NCBI GenBank assembly: GCA_001599295.1
Contig: BCGN01000004.1
Location: forward strand, 1,613,676 to 1,677,675
Direction of reading: 5' to 3'
DNA length: 64,000 nucleotides
From: Sporopachydermia quercuum
Lineage: Eukaryota
Below, in pieces: positions 1 through 10,885 of this stretch. The translations under genes and the position numbers were made by a program. The notes below the pieces were generated by a model. It had not been told where the DNA came from, searched no databases, and saw nothing but the letters and a program-made list of their open reading frames with translations. Within the stretch, counting starts at the first letter, position 1. The number at the start of each line of letters is the position of its first letter.

Positions 1-22
1 TGCATACTAACTTTTATTGCAG

Positions 23-351
23 CGCGAGCTAAAGAATTGGGTTTACTACAGAGTTCTGTTATTTTCCAGGCGGGAGAAGATCAAGATATCTCGGTACAGA
101 AGTATAATTTGGGCGCACCTGGCCTCTCAACAGGACATAAGAAGATACACAGAGGAAAATTCAATCGAAATAACAAGTTTGCGCCAAAAGAACAAGAAAA
201 ACCGGATGATCCTTATGAGCTTCTGAAAACTAGAGTTCTTCCTCCTCCCCCTCCATTGGTTGTTGGAGGAACTTCAATCCCATTACCTACACCACAGTAT
301 GCATACGTTCCACCAGTGATCGAGTTGAAGAATGTCAAATATCCTGAGTAG
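23..351 (+). CDS. Probable terminal exon of an unidentified gene entering from the left edge (Pro-rich C-terminus)
   Basis: TACTAAC at 5-11 and CAG at 20-22 form a 3' splice site; frame open from 25 (RAKELGLL...VKYPE*) to the stop at 351. No family recognised. Confidence 0.45.
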
Positions 352-399
352 TCGAACCGGATATTAAAGAAAAAACCACAGTTAATACGGAACTTAAAC

Positions 400-890
400 A
401 ATCAAGAGATCTAATACCAAGAATAGCTAGAAGGAACCAGAACTATGGCACCATAGGTTCTTTGATCACAAGAAACTGAATTCTCAATTCCATTTCAGCT
501 GAGACTTGGCAAAAGGCATACAACAATCTTTGAAATCTCAATGCCTCAAACCGACATGGATTATCTACAATTCCTGTGATCTTCGGTGTAGCAGATCCCC
601 TACCTCCTCTTGTCCTATATCAGGGCGGCGATCTACTTGGGAAGCATCACATCTCATTCTATGAGAAATTTGACCTGCGATTACATCATCACTATTTACA
701 TACCACTTAAAACGGTAGATGTTGCCGGGTAACAGATACTTCAATTACATAATCGAACTGTGTAGAAGCCATAGCTAAAACATTGGGAACACACATTATG
801 AAAGAATTTTTCTTACTGTTTACATGTAGAAAACATAAATGTATAGTAAATCACAACACCCATTAGAGAATTTCACAAATGGATTGCTTG
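400..890 (+). mobile_element. Degenerate Ty3/gypsy integrase core relic
   Basis: Hand translation: SRDLIPRIARRNQNYGTI (402-; cf. SMDFITGLP..GYD.I), SISAETWQKAY (cf. TAETVAKAF), RHGLSTI (552-; cf. LHGLPKSI), TYH/NGRCCRVT (cf. AYHPQTNGQTERVN), HWEHTL*KNFSY (cf. W...LP...FAY); correct order, with stops and frameshifts. Confidence 0.6.
725..732 (+). promoter_or_regulatory. Reb1-type site CCGGGTAA upstream of GSP1
   Basis: Exact match to the reverse complement of TTACCCGG, about 450 bp before the GSP1 ATG. Confidence 0.45.
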
Positions 891-1183
891 TCCCTTTTTT
901 CTTCTTACATTTTCATAGAGATGATATAAATATATAAAGGAATACTCAAATACGATCTGTTATTTTAGTAGTAATATATTATAAATCAACGTTGGTTAAT
1001 CTGAAGAACTTAGACTGGGGCAATTTCGCTGGACAAAGTTTGGTTTTGTAAGATATTTATTGTTGTAGAATAGCTTAGTGTTAGATCAATATACAGTGAT
1101 ATATTAGCACCGAACTAGGTTTAACGTCATATCGAGTGATTTGAACAAAGTACACATATTAAACAATAATATACATATACAAA

Positions 1184-2086
1184 ATGGCTCAACAAGGAGA
1201 AGAAAACATTCCTACTTTCAAGCTTGTGCTTGTTGGTGATGGTGGTACCGGTAAGGTAAGTAATATGATGATCCATCTATCGTAGCAGCCGAGATAGTGG
1301 AAAGGCAAATCAATTGATAATCAGTCAAATCGTCAAATCCATCTATTATTTTCCATGGAAAACGCTCTAATATGATATTTCTGCTCATTTATAGTCATTT
1401 GATAGTATTATTGATGGATTACGCTTTTTTATTCTCGGGAATCAGTACTGATCAAAAACTTTCATTATCACGGATCATTATCACTAACATATTCATTATA
1501 GACTACGTTCGTCAAGAGACATTTGACTGGTGAATTCGAAAAGAAATATATTGCAACTTTAGGTGTTGAAGTTCACCCTCTTAAGTTCCACACCAATTTT
1601 GGTCCTATCAAGTTCGATGTTTGGGATACTGCTGGTCAAGAAAAGTTCGGTGGTTTGAGAGATGGTTATTATATTAACGGTCAATGTGGTATCATTATGT
1701 TCGATGTTACCTCCCGTATCACTTACAAGAATGTTCCTAACTGGCACCGTGATTTGGTCCGTGTGTGTGAAAACATTCCTATTGTCCTGTGCGGTAACAA
1801 AGTTGACGTTAAGGAAAGAAAGGTTAAAGCCAAGTCCATCACTTTCCACAGAAAGAAGAACTTGCAATACTACGATATCTCTGCTAAATCTAACTACAAC
1901 TTTGAAAAGCCTTTCTTATGGTTGGCTAGAAAGCTAGTTGGTGATCCTTCCTTAGAGTTTGTCGCTTCCCCTGCTTTGGCTCCTCCTGAAGTCCAAGTCG
2001 ATATGGAATTGATGAACAAGTACCAACAAGAAGCCGAACAAGCTTCTGCTTTGCCACTTCCTGATGAAGATGATGGAGACTTGTAA
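1184..2086 (+). CDS. GSP1: Ran GTPase; exons 1184-1255 and 1502-2086
   Basis: Spliced product [40 protein letters not shown]...WDTAGQE...NKVD...acidic tail DEDDGDL; intron 1256-1501 with GTAAGT, CACTAAC (1482-1488) and TAG. Confidence 0.98.
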
Positions 2087-2299
2087 ACATCAAATGCCAT
2101 GGCTTTTTATTAGGTTGTGTTATAATAATATTCTTATAATTTATAGTATAGTAAAGTAATGATTATGTATAATCATTAATCACTTGGATCTTATCCACAT
2201 CTACTTTTTTTCTCATGATCACTTTTTCCAGTAAGTTTCTTTTTTTGTATTGCAGGTTCCATACTCTGTAACCCACTCCAGCCCAATCAATGTGAATTC

Positions 2300-2600
2300 C
2301 ATTCTCTGCCATTTGAATTACATACAACTAATTTATCCACAGACTTATTGTCTCTCTTGATATCCATTTTTTAAGTACAATTGATTTGGCCTTGATGATC
2401 CTCAATGAAATTGCTTTACATTCAACGCATAAATATAAAGCAAATGCATTGATCTTCTGATGTCCCCTTTTTAGTCTCCAGAATACCCGACAGGATCTTT
2501 TTAGAAATTTATAACACGTACAGAGAATTGAACATAAATGGAAAACAGAGACATAAAGGCATTCTATATATAATCTACATAACAGCACATTGTTGACTGA
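2300..2600 (+). mobile_element. Degenerate Ty3/gypsy reverse transcriptase relic
   Basis: From 2365 in one frame: HFLSTIDLALMILNEIALHSTHKYKANALIF*CPLFSLQNTRQDLFR (cf. YFSKIDL..GYHQI.LHP.DKYKTAF...MPFGLQNAP..FQR). Confidence 0.6.
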
Positions 2601-2679
2601 ATAATAACCCATTATCTGCTCTTTTATGTTGATACAAAGAAAAAGACTAAATTTCTTTACCTCATANATATTGTCCAAA

Positions 2680-3273
2680 ATGGATTTGACGTTGACAATC
2701 CTGCCAGAAGCTAAGACCTTCAGTGTTGAAGGCCAAGAGGAGGATCCCGATTTACTACGAGACGTGAATAATATCATAGACATTTATAAAGATCTTTCTA
2801 CTCTGTCGACATCTATACCACAACCACCTGGACAGAAATCATTTACAACAGCGCATGCAGCCAAAGTGAAAAAGTTATTTGATGCTGGACGAGCATCTCT
2901 ACAGAAGAGACAGTTTGATGATGCTATCAAACTATTTTCGCTGGCATTAAATATGGCAATGAAAAGACATAAATGGGAGCCATTTGTGCTGTCAACACAA
3001 GAAATTGCGCTTATGATTTCGAATCGATGTGATGCAAATTTTGGTGCTGAAAATTGGTATGAAGCATTTATGGATGTTGATTTATTAGTAACCATCATGC
3101 AAACCACCCCTGAGAACATGTACAGACGAGCTGTATGCTTATTGAAACTGGAGAGATTAGATGAAGCTAAAGCAACAATTGAGAGAGGGTTAGTATTTGC
3201 TCCTGGGCATCCGAAGTTGCTAGCGGCTTTGGCTCAAGTTGAAAAAGCGATAGATGAGTCTATAGACCCATGA
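2680..3273 (+). CDS. SEC72: Sec63-complex TPR subunit Sec72
   Basis: ATG at 2680; KKLFDAG...LALNMAMKRHKWEPF...MYRRAVCLLKLERLDEAKATIERGLVFAPGHPKL matches the Sec72 TPR pattern. Confidence 0.88.
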   Translation: MDLTLTILPEAKTFSVEGQEEDPDLLRDVNNIIDIYKDLSTLSTSIPQPPGQKSFTTAHAAKVKKLFDAGRASLQKRQFDDAIKLFSLALNMAMKRHKWEPFVLSTQEIALMISNRCDANFGAENWYEAFMDVDLLVTIMQTTPENMYRRAVCLLKLERLDEAKATIERGLVFAPGHPKLLAALAQVEKAIDESIDP

Positions 3274-3349
3274 AGCTCACCAGTTTACTTTCCTTCCATC
3301 ATCATGGCTTACGATTTGTCCCTTTTCTTTCATTAGTATCTACCTGGGA

Positions 3350-3740
3350 TTTGGTTTTTAGTTTTAATACTTGGATCTTTTCCTGTATTCTTGTAGAGTA
3401 TCTTTTAATAGTCAGATAACTATCTGATGTTCAATGCTGTGGAACGTGATTATGTGTGTTTACTAAACGTCATTCCTTTAAACTTTGTCGAACCATGCGG
3501 GAGCATGTATGAATATGCAGAAACCTCAGACGGTAGTTGAACTGATATCCTTAANAACAAATTAACACATCAACATGTAATCAATTAACACATCATCAGC
3601 TTACTGATTCGTATCCTAAAATGCAAATTCGTCAATTCTAGTAATCGGCAATCATTTTATAAACAGACTTCTATTCTAGTGTTTGAAGTTAACACCCACA
3701 TCTTTCTGCCTATTTTCTTATTCGCTCTAAATGCAACTGT
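3350..3740 (-). mobile_element. Degenerate Ty3/gypsy reverse transcriptase relic
   Basis: Minus strand: KKIGRK, GVNFKH*NRSLFIK*LPITRIDEF (cf. [24 protein letters not shown], same spacing), YSYMLPHGST (cf. YEYLVMPFGLT), SYLTIKRYSTRIQEKIQVLKL (cf. VYLDDILIYS..EEHL.HLKL). Confidence 0.7.
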
Positions 3741-3998
3741 ATCATTCTATATCTGTTTCTATGTATTTTTATGCATATCCCCTTATCCTGCATAATCATA
3801 CAGCCCTCCACATAAAAATGACATTATTCCAACATCAAATTTCATCTCATACAAACAACTGATGATCGCCTTCTGCTTTGTTTCTTCTTTGTATACTAGA
3901 ATACGAATGTCTATAAAGATAGTTCAGTAGTTTTTTGCATATTTTATCAAAACATTTAGCTGCAGTTCTCTTACTAAGCCGATCTTTTATACTCGAAG

Positions 3999-4012
3999 AC
4001 GCGTATTTCGCG
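3999..4012. promoter_or_regulatory. Adjacent MCB (ACGCGT) and SCB-type (CGCGAAA, reverse) elements upstream of the ULS1-like gene
   Basis: ACGCGT at 3999-4004 and TTTCGCG at 4006-4012, about 200 bp before ATG 4211. Confidence 0.5.
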
Positions 4013-4210
4013 TTCTTACGCCTAACTGTTTACACCAATATTTTTCGTCTCAAGTATTGATATAAAACCCGATAGACGATCAGATTACTGTCAAGCAACA
4101 GCAGCTTTTCATTACATTGATGTATAAAAGAAATAGTGAATTAAGGGCAAGCAGGGCTATCTTCCGTGATATGAAAACCTAGAGGGAATTCAAGAAGGCA
4201 GTTACGTAGG

Positions 4211-7200
4211 ATGAGTTTCGTTTCTCCACTAGACAATACTCAGATTTCAACTAGTTTTATTAATGATCTTCTGCAAGATCAAATTGCTATTGAAATTCAA
4301 CAAGAAAATGGAAAGGAAGTAGGAGATTTAGGTGAAGAACTTGGTGAAATTCTGGTGAAGGAAAGAGATAATCAAGAGCAAAATCAAACCCAAACACAAG
4401 CACTAGAAGCAAACCACCAGCGTGATAAGGAGAAAGCAAAAGTTTACGAACTGGAGAATTATCAGAACGAGAAAATGCAACAAGAGCCAGATAATGAGTC
4501 TTTTTACAGCGAAATTCCTGTTGGAAGATCGACTCATGATTCGAATCCTGGTCTAAGCCGTAATCCTATTTTTGATGCAGTTTANAATTCAACTACGAAC
4601 CTTGTTTTTGAGTCAGCTTCGAAAAGAAATACCCCTGGTATAGGTGACCTTGTGAGCAGTGATAGCTCTCTGCCATCTAAGAAAAGGAAACTCGACCAGT
4701 TTCACTCTGAATTAGATGTTATCTTCCTTTCTTCCGATGAGGACCCGGATTCAGAACCTGAGATTGAATCAATAAGAGAGTCAAATGATAGTGGAATCGA
4801 CATATTCAAGAGAGCATTCCGTGGATCAAGTAATGATTCATCCAATAGCAAAAATTATTATAGCCATAGACAGCAAAGTGAGCCTAACTCTGAGTTTGCT
4901 GGTAACTTTGATTCGGGCTCAGGCTCGGAATTGGGTGTTTTTAGTGGAAATAATAGTCACAACAGTATGGAAGAGCGAATAAAAGAACTATCGACTAATA
5001 ATAAGGATCCTAGTGCTGGAAACACTGCTGGATCACCTAAAAACCAGATGATAGTTGATTTGGATGAGCTTTCTGACTCTTCCAGTGATGATATCAACAT
5101 TACAAGTACTATAAGTAAGGATATGGCTTCTAGAACGCAAAGTAGTAGCATTGATAAATCTAATGATGCTACTGGTTCTGACAGTGGTAGCGATAGTGAT
5201 GTTCAAGTATTAAACGTTAGGCCGATCCTCAGACCTGAGAATCTTCTGCATCCATTGCACCAACAGTATATTGATAACCAGCAAAGGTTACAGCGGCAGA
5301 TTCCTTACCCGCTGTCACGAAGTCGACCAGATGGTGCTATGACTGATGAGTACATGAAGGAGTTGATGAAAGGAGCCACATCAGAACATCTTCCACCAAT
5401 ATCAAACTCTACCTTCAATCAGTCTCAATTTGTGAACAGAAGTCAATCAAACTTCAATAATCTACAAGGAACCTCTGCAGAAGAAGCCAATAATATTCCC
5501 GGTGCCAGTAGTTATGCTCCTTCCAACGGTTTTTCCAATNGCTTTGCTACCGGTTCTGCTAGCGGCAGTTCTAGTAGTTATAACAATAAAGACCACGCAA
5601 ACTCCGGTTATATATCTCAATTGTCATCAGATTTTACAACTGCTCTCAGACATCTAAATAGCAGTAAAGAGAAAATTATAGCCAAACATAATACTGATCT
5701 TCAAAATCTACTGGTTCATCTCCATTCTATGACTAACGAAAAGGCCGAAATCCAAAGGAAAATGAGGGAAACTCAGAAGGCTATTAGTAATATGAGACAA
5801 GAGTGGCTTTCAATAAACCAAGAAATGACTGGTCTACGTCGTGAGGTAGATGCTGCTGATGTTACTAGTGAAAAATCTTTACGCTTAAAACATTTGATTA
5901 AGAAGAATCGTGATTTTGCTATAGAACAGCAGAGGTTAATCGATGCTAACAATCATGATTTTGCTAAATCCAATAGGCTGCAGCAGCAGATAACAAAAGT
6001 ACAGCAGTTGAAGCAGCAGCTAGTAAATTCTCATATCACTGATCGACAGCGACTAGATGAAAGAATATCTCGACACAAATCATCTATGCCAAACAATTCA
6101 CAAGGAATATTCTCTGATATCTCTTTATTTCCCACTCAGAGTTTATTTGGTGAAAGTCATGTACACACTGTACCTGGTGTTTATAATCTTGATGATCCTG
6201 AAGATGTATACAACTCAGACAACGCATGGGCTGTTAAAATGAGAGAAGAGATATCTGACTATCACTTCAGAGGAGCGAACGTTGAGGAAAACAAACAGTT
6301 AGAGAAACTATTAGACAATATTATACCCGATGAAGATTTATCTGATAAGAATAGGGAACCTACACCTAGACAATTGGAGGTTACTTTATTACCTCATCAG
6401 CGCATTGGTCTGAGTTGGATGTTGCGAATGGAGAAAAGCGGTAGCAAGGGTGGTATTTTGGCCGACGATATGGGATTGGGAAAAACCTTGCAAGCTATTT
6501 CTTTGATTTTGGCCAGTAAGGATCATAGAAAGAGTGAACTAAAGGAAATGAAAGAAAAAGAGGAAGAGGAAGAGGAAGTAAAAGAGGAAGCAAAAGAGGA
6601 AGCAAAAAATAAAAAGAAAGAGGACCAAGCAAAGAAAAACAACGGAGATGATAACTTGGAAACTGGACACGTTAAGGCTGAAAACAAGAACGGGAATGAT
6701 AATGACAGTGTATCTAGTGAACTGGAAAACGAAGATTCAGATATTGAACTGATCTCAAGTAAAACTATAGACAGAAAACCAGGAAAAGATGTAAAGAAGC
6801 CGATTAGTGTATTAGAAAAGTACTCTCAAGGGGGTTTTGGCTTTTCGAAAATTGTGAAAGCTCCTAGATTGAAACATGAACGAAAAACCACTCTGATAGT
6901 TACTCCAGTAGCTCTTTGCAGACAATGGTATGAAGAATTTTTGAATAAAATACAACCAGAACATCATCCTAAATTATACGTTCATCATGGTGATAGCAGA
7001 AGACATACATCTTTTAGGAGGTTTGCTGAATATGATGTTGTGATTACTACCTATGGTATTATCACTAGAGAATTTACTCGTCATTTTGAGTCTACATTAG
7101 CAGAAGCTCAGGCCGGCCAGCAATCTTCTGTTATCCCTGACTTGGAAAGCGCCGATTATCTTAAGAGCAGCCATGGTTATAAATCACCATTTTTTGAGCA

Positions 7201-8734
7201 GCATGCTAAATTTCATAGAATAATACTTGATGAAGCCCAAGCGATCAAGAATAAAAACTCCAAAGCTGCCAGAGGATGTTCTTTACTGCAAGCAACTTAT
7301 CGATGGTGTTTAACCGGTACACCTATGCAAAACAACGTTGATGAGCTTTATTCGCTAATCAGATTCCTGAGAATTTCTCCTTATAATGACTATACACGTT
7401 TTGCTAAAGATATTGGCAGGCCTATCAAAAGCCAAATGGAAAGAAACCGGGCTATGCAGAAACTACAGGCATTGCTGAAAGCTATTTTCCTCAGAAGACT
7501 GAAAACTTCAGAGATTGATGGACAACCAATCTTGAGACTACCTCCAAAGGAAATCGTAGCAGAAAATGTAGAAATGAGCGAAGAAGAACATAAAGAATAT
7601 CAAACGTTGGAATCAGGAGCGAAATCCAAAGTGAGGAAGTTGCTCGATTCTGATAAATGGGGCAAATCGTATAGTAATATTCTTGTGATGTTACTTAGAC
7701 TACGACAAGCCTGTGATCACCAGCTGCTTGTTCGACTAGGAGAAGAAAGGAAAAGCAGAAAAGATGGTGTTTTAGCTATAGAAGAAGGTCTGGTAGAAGC
7801 AGAAATAGATAGGGCTAATGCGTTGTCTCCTGATGTGAAATGCAGAGTAGTAGATAGTATAGACAACTTCACGTGTCCTATATGTTTTGAAGTGACGGAT
7901 GGTGATAATCTGTTCTTATTTTCTCCTTGCGGGCATGGAATTTGTTCTGATTGTGTTGATACATTTTTTGAAGAATCTGAACTCAACGAAGGTGTCCAGA
8001 GGCCAGTGGGAGAACGTATAGCAAAATGTGTAACTTGTCAAAAACAAGTGAAAGAGAATAGGATGGTTTCTTATATGATTCTCTATGGATCATTTGTTGA
8101 AAAGCGATCTGTTGAAGAACTAGAGGCAGAGTATAGGAAATACTATACTGAGAGGTTGTCAGTTTCGTCTATGATTGAACGTGGAGAGTTCACTCTATCA
8201 GGTAAAATGAATGCTTGTATGGACATCATTAGAAAGATAGAAAATGAGAAGAAGGGAGAAAAGACCATTATTTTCTCCCAGTTCACATCTTTCTTTGATT
8301 TAATGGAAAAACAGTTTAGAAGGGAAAACGTTCCTTATCTTCGTTATGATGGATCAATGAATGCCAGTCAAAGAAATGAAGTATTAACAGAATTCAAACA
8401 GGATCCTTCAGTGAAAGTGATTATTGTTAGTTTGAAAGCGGGAAATGTTGGTTTAACGCTGACGGTTGCTAATCATGTTATTCTTATGGACCCATTCTGG
8501 AACCCTTATGTTGAAGATCAAGCAATGGATCGTGTGCATCGTATTGGCCAAGATAAGCCAGTGACAGTACATAAGCTATTAGTGCCAAATACTGTTGAGG
8601 ACAGAATATTGCAGCTTCAGGAGACGAAACGGGAGTTAATCACTACTGCAATGGATGAAGGTAATTTGAAGAATATTAGTAAGCTTGGTCGTCGTGAGCT
8701 TGCATTTTTGTTTGGTATTTCTGATATGGCTTAA
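4211..8734 (+). CDS. ULS1: Uls1/Ris1-like SNF2-family ATPase with embedded RING finger (SUMO-targeted ubiquitin ligase type)
   Basis: GGILADDMGLGKT, RIILDEAQ, LTGTPMQN, RING CPIC...CGHGICSDC...CVTC, QAMDRVHRIGQ; N-terminal SIM-like motifs (VIFLSSDED, IVDLDE). Confidence 0.85.
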   Translation: MSFVSPLDNTQISTSFINDLLQDQIAIEIQQENGKEVGDLGEELGEILVKERDNQEQNQTQTQALEANHQRDKEKAKVYELENYQNEKMQQEPDNESFYSEIPVGRSTHDSNPGLSRNPIFDAVXNSTTNLVFESASKRNTPGIGDLVSSDSSLPSKKRKLDQFHSELDVIFLSSDEDPDSEPEIESIRESNDSGIDIFKRAFRGSSNDSSNSKNYYSHRQQSEPNSEFAGNFDSGSGSELGVFSGNNSHNSMEERIKELSTNNKDPSAGNTAGSPKNQMIVDLDELSDSSSDDINITSTISKDMASRTQSSSIDKSNDATGSDSGSDSDVQVLNVRPILRPENLLHPLHQQYIDNQQRLQRQIPYPLSRSRPDGAMTDEYMKELMKGATSEHLPPISNSTFNQSQFVNRSQSNFNNLQGTSAEEANNIPGASSYAPSNGFSNXFATGSASGSSSSYNNKDHANSGYISQLSSDFTTALRHLNSSKEKIIAKHNTDLQNLLVHLHSMTNEKAEIQRKMRETQKAISNMRQEWLSINQEMTGLRREVDAADVTSEKSLRLKHLIKKNRDFAIEQQRLIDANNHDFAKSNRLQQQITKVQQLKQQLVNSHITDRQRLDERISRHKSSMPNNSQGIFSDISLFPTQSLFGESHVHTVPGVYNLDDPEDVYNSDNAWAVKMREEISDYHFRGANVEENKQLEKLLDNIIPDEDLSDKNREPTPRQLEVTLLPHQRIGLSWMLRMEKSGSKGGILADDMGLGKTLQAISLILASKDHRKSELKEMKEKEEEEEEVKEEAKEEAKNKKKEDQAKKNNGDDNLETGHVKAENKNGNDNDSVSSELENEDSDIELISSKTIDRKPGKDVKKPISVLEKYSQGGFGFSKIVKAPRLKHERKTTLIVTPVALCRQWYEEFLNKIQPEHHPKLYVHHGDSRRHTSFRRFAEYDVVITTYGIITREFTRHFESTLAEAQAGQQSSVIPDLESADYLKSSHGYKSPFFEQHAKFHRIILDEAQAIKNKNSKAARGCSLLQATYRWCLTGTPMQNNVDELYSLIRFLRISPYNDYTRFAKDIGRPIKSQMERNRAMQKLQALLKAIFLRRLKTSEIDGQPILRLPPKEIVAENVEMSEEEHKEYQTLESGAKSKVRKLLDSDKWGKSYSNILVMLLRLRQACDHQLLVRLGEERKSRKDGVLAIEEGLVEAEIDRANALSPDVKCRVVDSIDNFTCPICFEVTDGDNLFLFSPCGHGICSDCVDTFFEESELNEGVQRPVGERIAKCVTCQKQVKENRMVSYMILYGSFVEKRSVEELEAEYRKYYTERLSVSSMIERGEFTLSGKMNACMDIIRKIENEKKGEKTIIFSQFTSFFDLMEKQFRRENVPYLRYDGSMNASQRNEVLTEFKQDPSVKVIIVSLKAGNVGLTLTVANHVILMDPFWNPYVEDQAMDRVHRIGQDKPVTVHKLLVPNTVEDRILQLQETKRELITTAMDEGNLKNISKLGRRELAFLFGISDMA

Positions 8735-8823
8735 TAAATATAGAATAGGTGTATAGTATGGTATATTAATAAACGGTGATAAGAGCTAGAAACGTAGTGT
8801 TATGACAATCTAGAGGGAAAGAC

Positions 8824-9165
8824 AAAGGTTGTTGAAAATCCAGTGATGTCGTATGTAGGTATTCTGTTTATAATAATCAGGAAAATAGCTGTACTTTTAA
8901 AATATCCTTCAGGAAAGGTATAAATGAGTAGCTTGTGATTGAAGAGAGGGCATAATTACTCTAATCAAAACAATTGGAAACAATCCAAAGATTATGTCAA
9001 CGGGAAAGAAAATCCAGAAGTAAAATGATGCGATCATTTTTGCTTTGTAACAAGTCATAATTTATCTCAAGATTTCATTCACCATTGGGAATGACCTGGA
9101 AGGTATTTCAACTTGTTTTATCAAGCAGTTGTTGCTAACGTTTCTTTCCATCTTTCATCAATAAT
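8824..9165 (-). mobile_element. Degenerate Ty3/gypsy reverse transcriptase relic
   Basis: Minus strand, one frame: LLMKDGKKR (KDG 9155-9147)...DLLQSKNDRIILLLDFLSR*HNLWI (cf. LDLKSGYHQIRI)...SYSFIPF, then YI[frameshift]DITGFSTTF at 8857-8824 (cf. YIDDILIFSKTF). Confidence 0.7.
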
Positions 9166-9243
9166 TCGCATTAAATGTCATCATCATCTTAATTTCAGCA
9201 ATCAATTAGTTTAGGAGTACATTTATTATTTCTTCTCAATCGT

Positions 9244-9268
9244 ACACACACACNCNCTCTCTCTCTCT
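9244..9268. repeat. Compound (CA)n(CT)n microsatellite
   Basis: acacacacacncnctctctctctct. Confidence 0.8.
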
Positions 9269-9817
9269 ATGCCTCTCGCTTCATCCTGTCGTCCTTTCTC
9301 TTCTCTTCCTTCACCTAATCTTAATCATGAAAGAGGCAATTGAGCTCGAAGAGCCAAAGTGAAAAATTCTATGGATTTAATATTCCTAGTTGGGTAGTTA
9401 TTTGGCTTTGTATAGCCCAATTGGGAAAACCATTTCCATTATCTAATTAACTTCAATGCGATGAATATAGAGAATAAACAGCTATGATACAATGGTTCTA
9501 AAGGATAAGGAAATATAAGTAGATAAGTGTTCGCTCCTCCAAATTTTATATCAGAAGGTTAATACTGAATAAAATAGTTTGGGGAGAAAATTTGGATAGT
9601 TTGAAAGATATTCAACATTTTTACTGGTTCCTATTGGCTTCTGATATTCTAATTCCTTGTCGCTCACTAATGGTGAAGAACGTAGCTGAAGCCAGTTACT
9701 ATACTATTGGGAGCCCATAACAACAGTCACTCTTTGTCTAATTTATTATCATCCGCAGCAAATACAATCAGGCAGAAAACAAGTCAAAAGTCTAATGAAT
9801 CACATCACATCCTCATA

Positions 9818-10555
9818 ATGAGAATTTCCACTAGACTATCAATACAATGGCCTCCGGCAGAGGCTTCAGAGAATACTGATACAATGGTGATTACAAGTCC
9901 TGGAAAGCACTTTGTAGATATAAGAAAATTCAAAGATCCTTCGAAACAGTATCGATTGAACTTTCCTTTTGATTGGTGTATTGCTGGCAAAAGTGTCAAT
10001 AAACCTGACAACGGAGAAAAATCAGTTGTGGAATTCAACCACGAAATAGACTCCAGATACATAGTAGCTAAGACTCTTGGAGATAAAAACGCTGATAGAT
10101 TTCTAGCTGCAGACCAAGGAGAGTTTCTATTAAACCAGCAAGGAGATGAAATTGAAACTGGTGAAATGCTCAATATTGAAACTGGCGTTGTATCTCCTTA
10201 TATTGAAATTTGGAGGCTACTGAATCCCGAATCTAAGCCTGGTAATTATGAGCAATTAGATGAGAAGCACGAGAAACATGTGAAGGTTATAGTTTTAATT
10301 CCCAATGAAGAAAGTCAATTGAAAGGGAAAATCGTAAGAGTTGGTGATTGGTTTCAAATGTTTTTATATAATGATCACCTTGATGGTTTAGAAGGTGTTT
10401 ATTTGTTGAGAGCTTATTGGGATGGATCCGAATGGGAGCATATCGTCAGTTATGGCGAGGTTGACAATNTTGTTCCTATTGGGTATATAAATGAAGGCAA
10501 CTACGGAGAATTTGGAGGAATCAATTGGAAGCTATTGGAGAAACACAATTATTAA
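9818..10555 (+). CDS. HRI1: HRI1-family protein
   Basis: MRISTRLSIQWPP...TMVITSPGKHFVDIR...FPFDWCIAG...EIETGEM...YIEIW; first ATG of the 9707 ORF is at 9818. Confidence 0.7.
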   Translation: MRISTRLSIQWPPAEASENTDTMVITSPGKHFVDIRKFKDPSKQYRLNFPFDWCIAGKSVNKPDNGEKSVVEFNHEIDSRYIVAKTLGDKNADRFLAADQGEFLLNQQGDEIETGEMLNIETGVVSPYIEIWRLLNPESKPGNYEQLDEKHEKHVKVIVLIPNEESQLKGKIVRVGDWFQMFLYNDHLDGLEGVYLLRAYWDGSEWEHIVSYGEVDNXVPIGYINEGNYGEFGGINWKLLEKHNY

Positions 10556-10885
10556 TTAAAAAAGATAACTAGGAGAGAATTGGTGGTGATTNATGACTCG
10601 TGATTTTATTGAATTCATAGTTCTAAAATACTAGTTCTACGAATATTTGTCATCTGTATAATTCATACATCATAGTATGAGATTATTGCATTATAAGACG
10701 GTAGGACATAATAAATATGATTCAGTCTTTCAAATCGTTATCTCAATGATTAAAAAGAATCCTTACTTGAAATTTATCTAGAGCTACATTCGTATTGGTT
10801 ATATGTTAGATACTTCTTGAATTTGTTGTTGACTTTCTCTCTCCATTGTTTTAACTTCCATTATTATTATTATTCGTCTTCTTCG

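Noticed and set aside
435..480. LWHHRF read as a Ty1/copia GAG-pre-integrase motif
   Set aside because: Another frame gives a longer, ordered Ty3/gypsy integrase match; the copia-like word is isolated.
1265..1451. Possible intronic C/D snoRNA in the GSP1 intron (ATGATGA ... CTGA)
   Set aside because: No terminal stem, box C only 10 nt from the donor, and no rRNA-complementary guide that I can recognise.
10570..10700. W..MTRDFIE...FYEYL as another integrase relic (similar hints at 12790-12930, 45395-45450 and 52350-52450)
   Set aside because: Only one or two short motifs each; too weak to list separately, though consistent with the overall fossil pattern.
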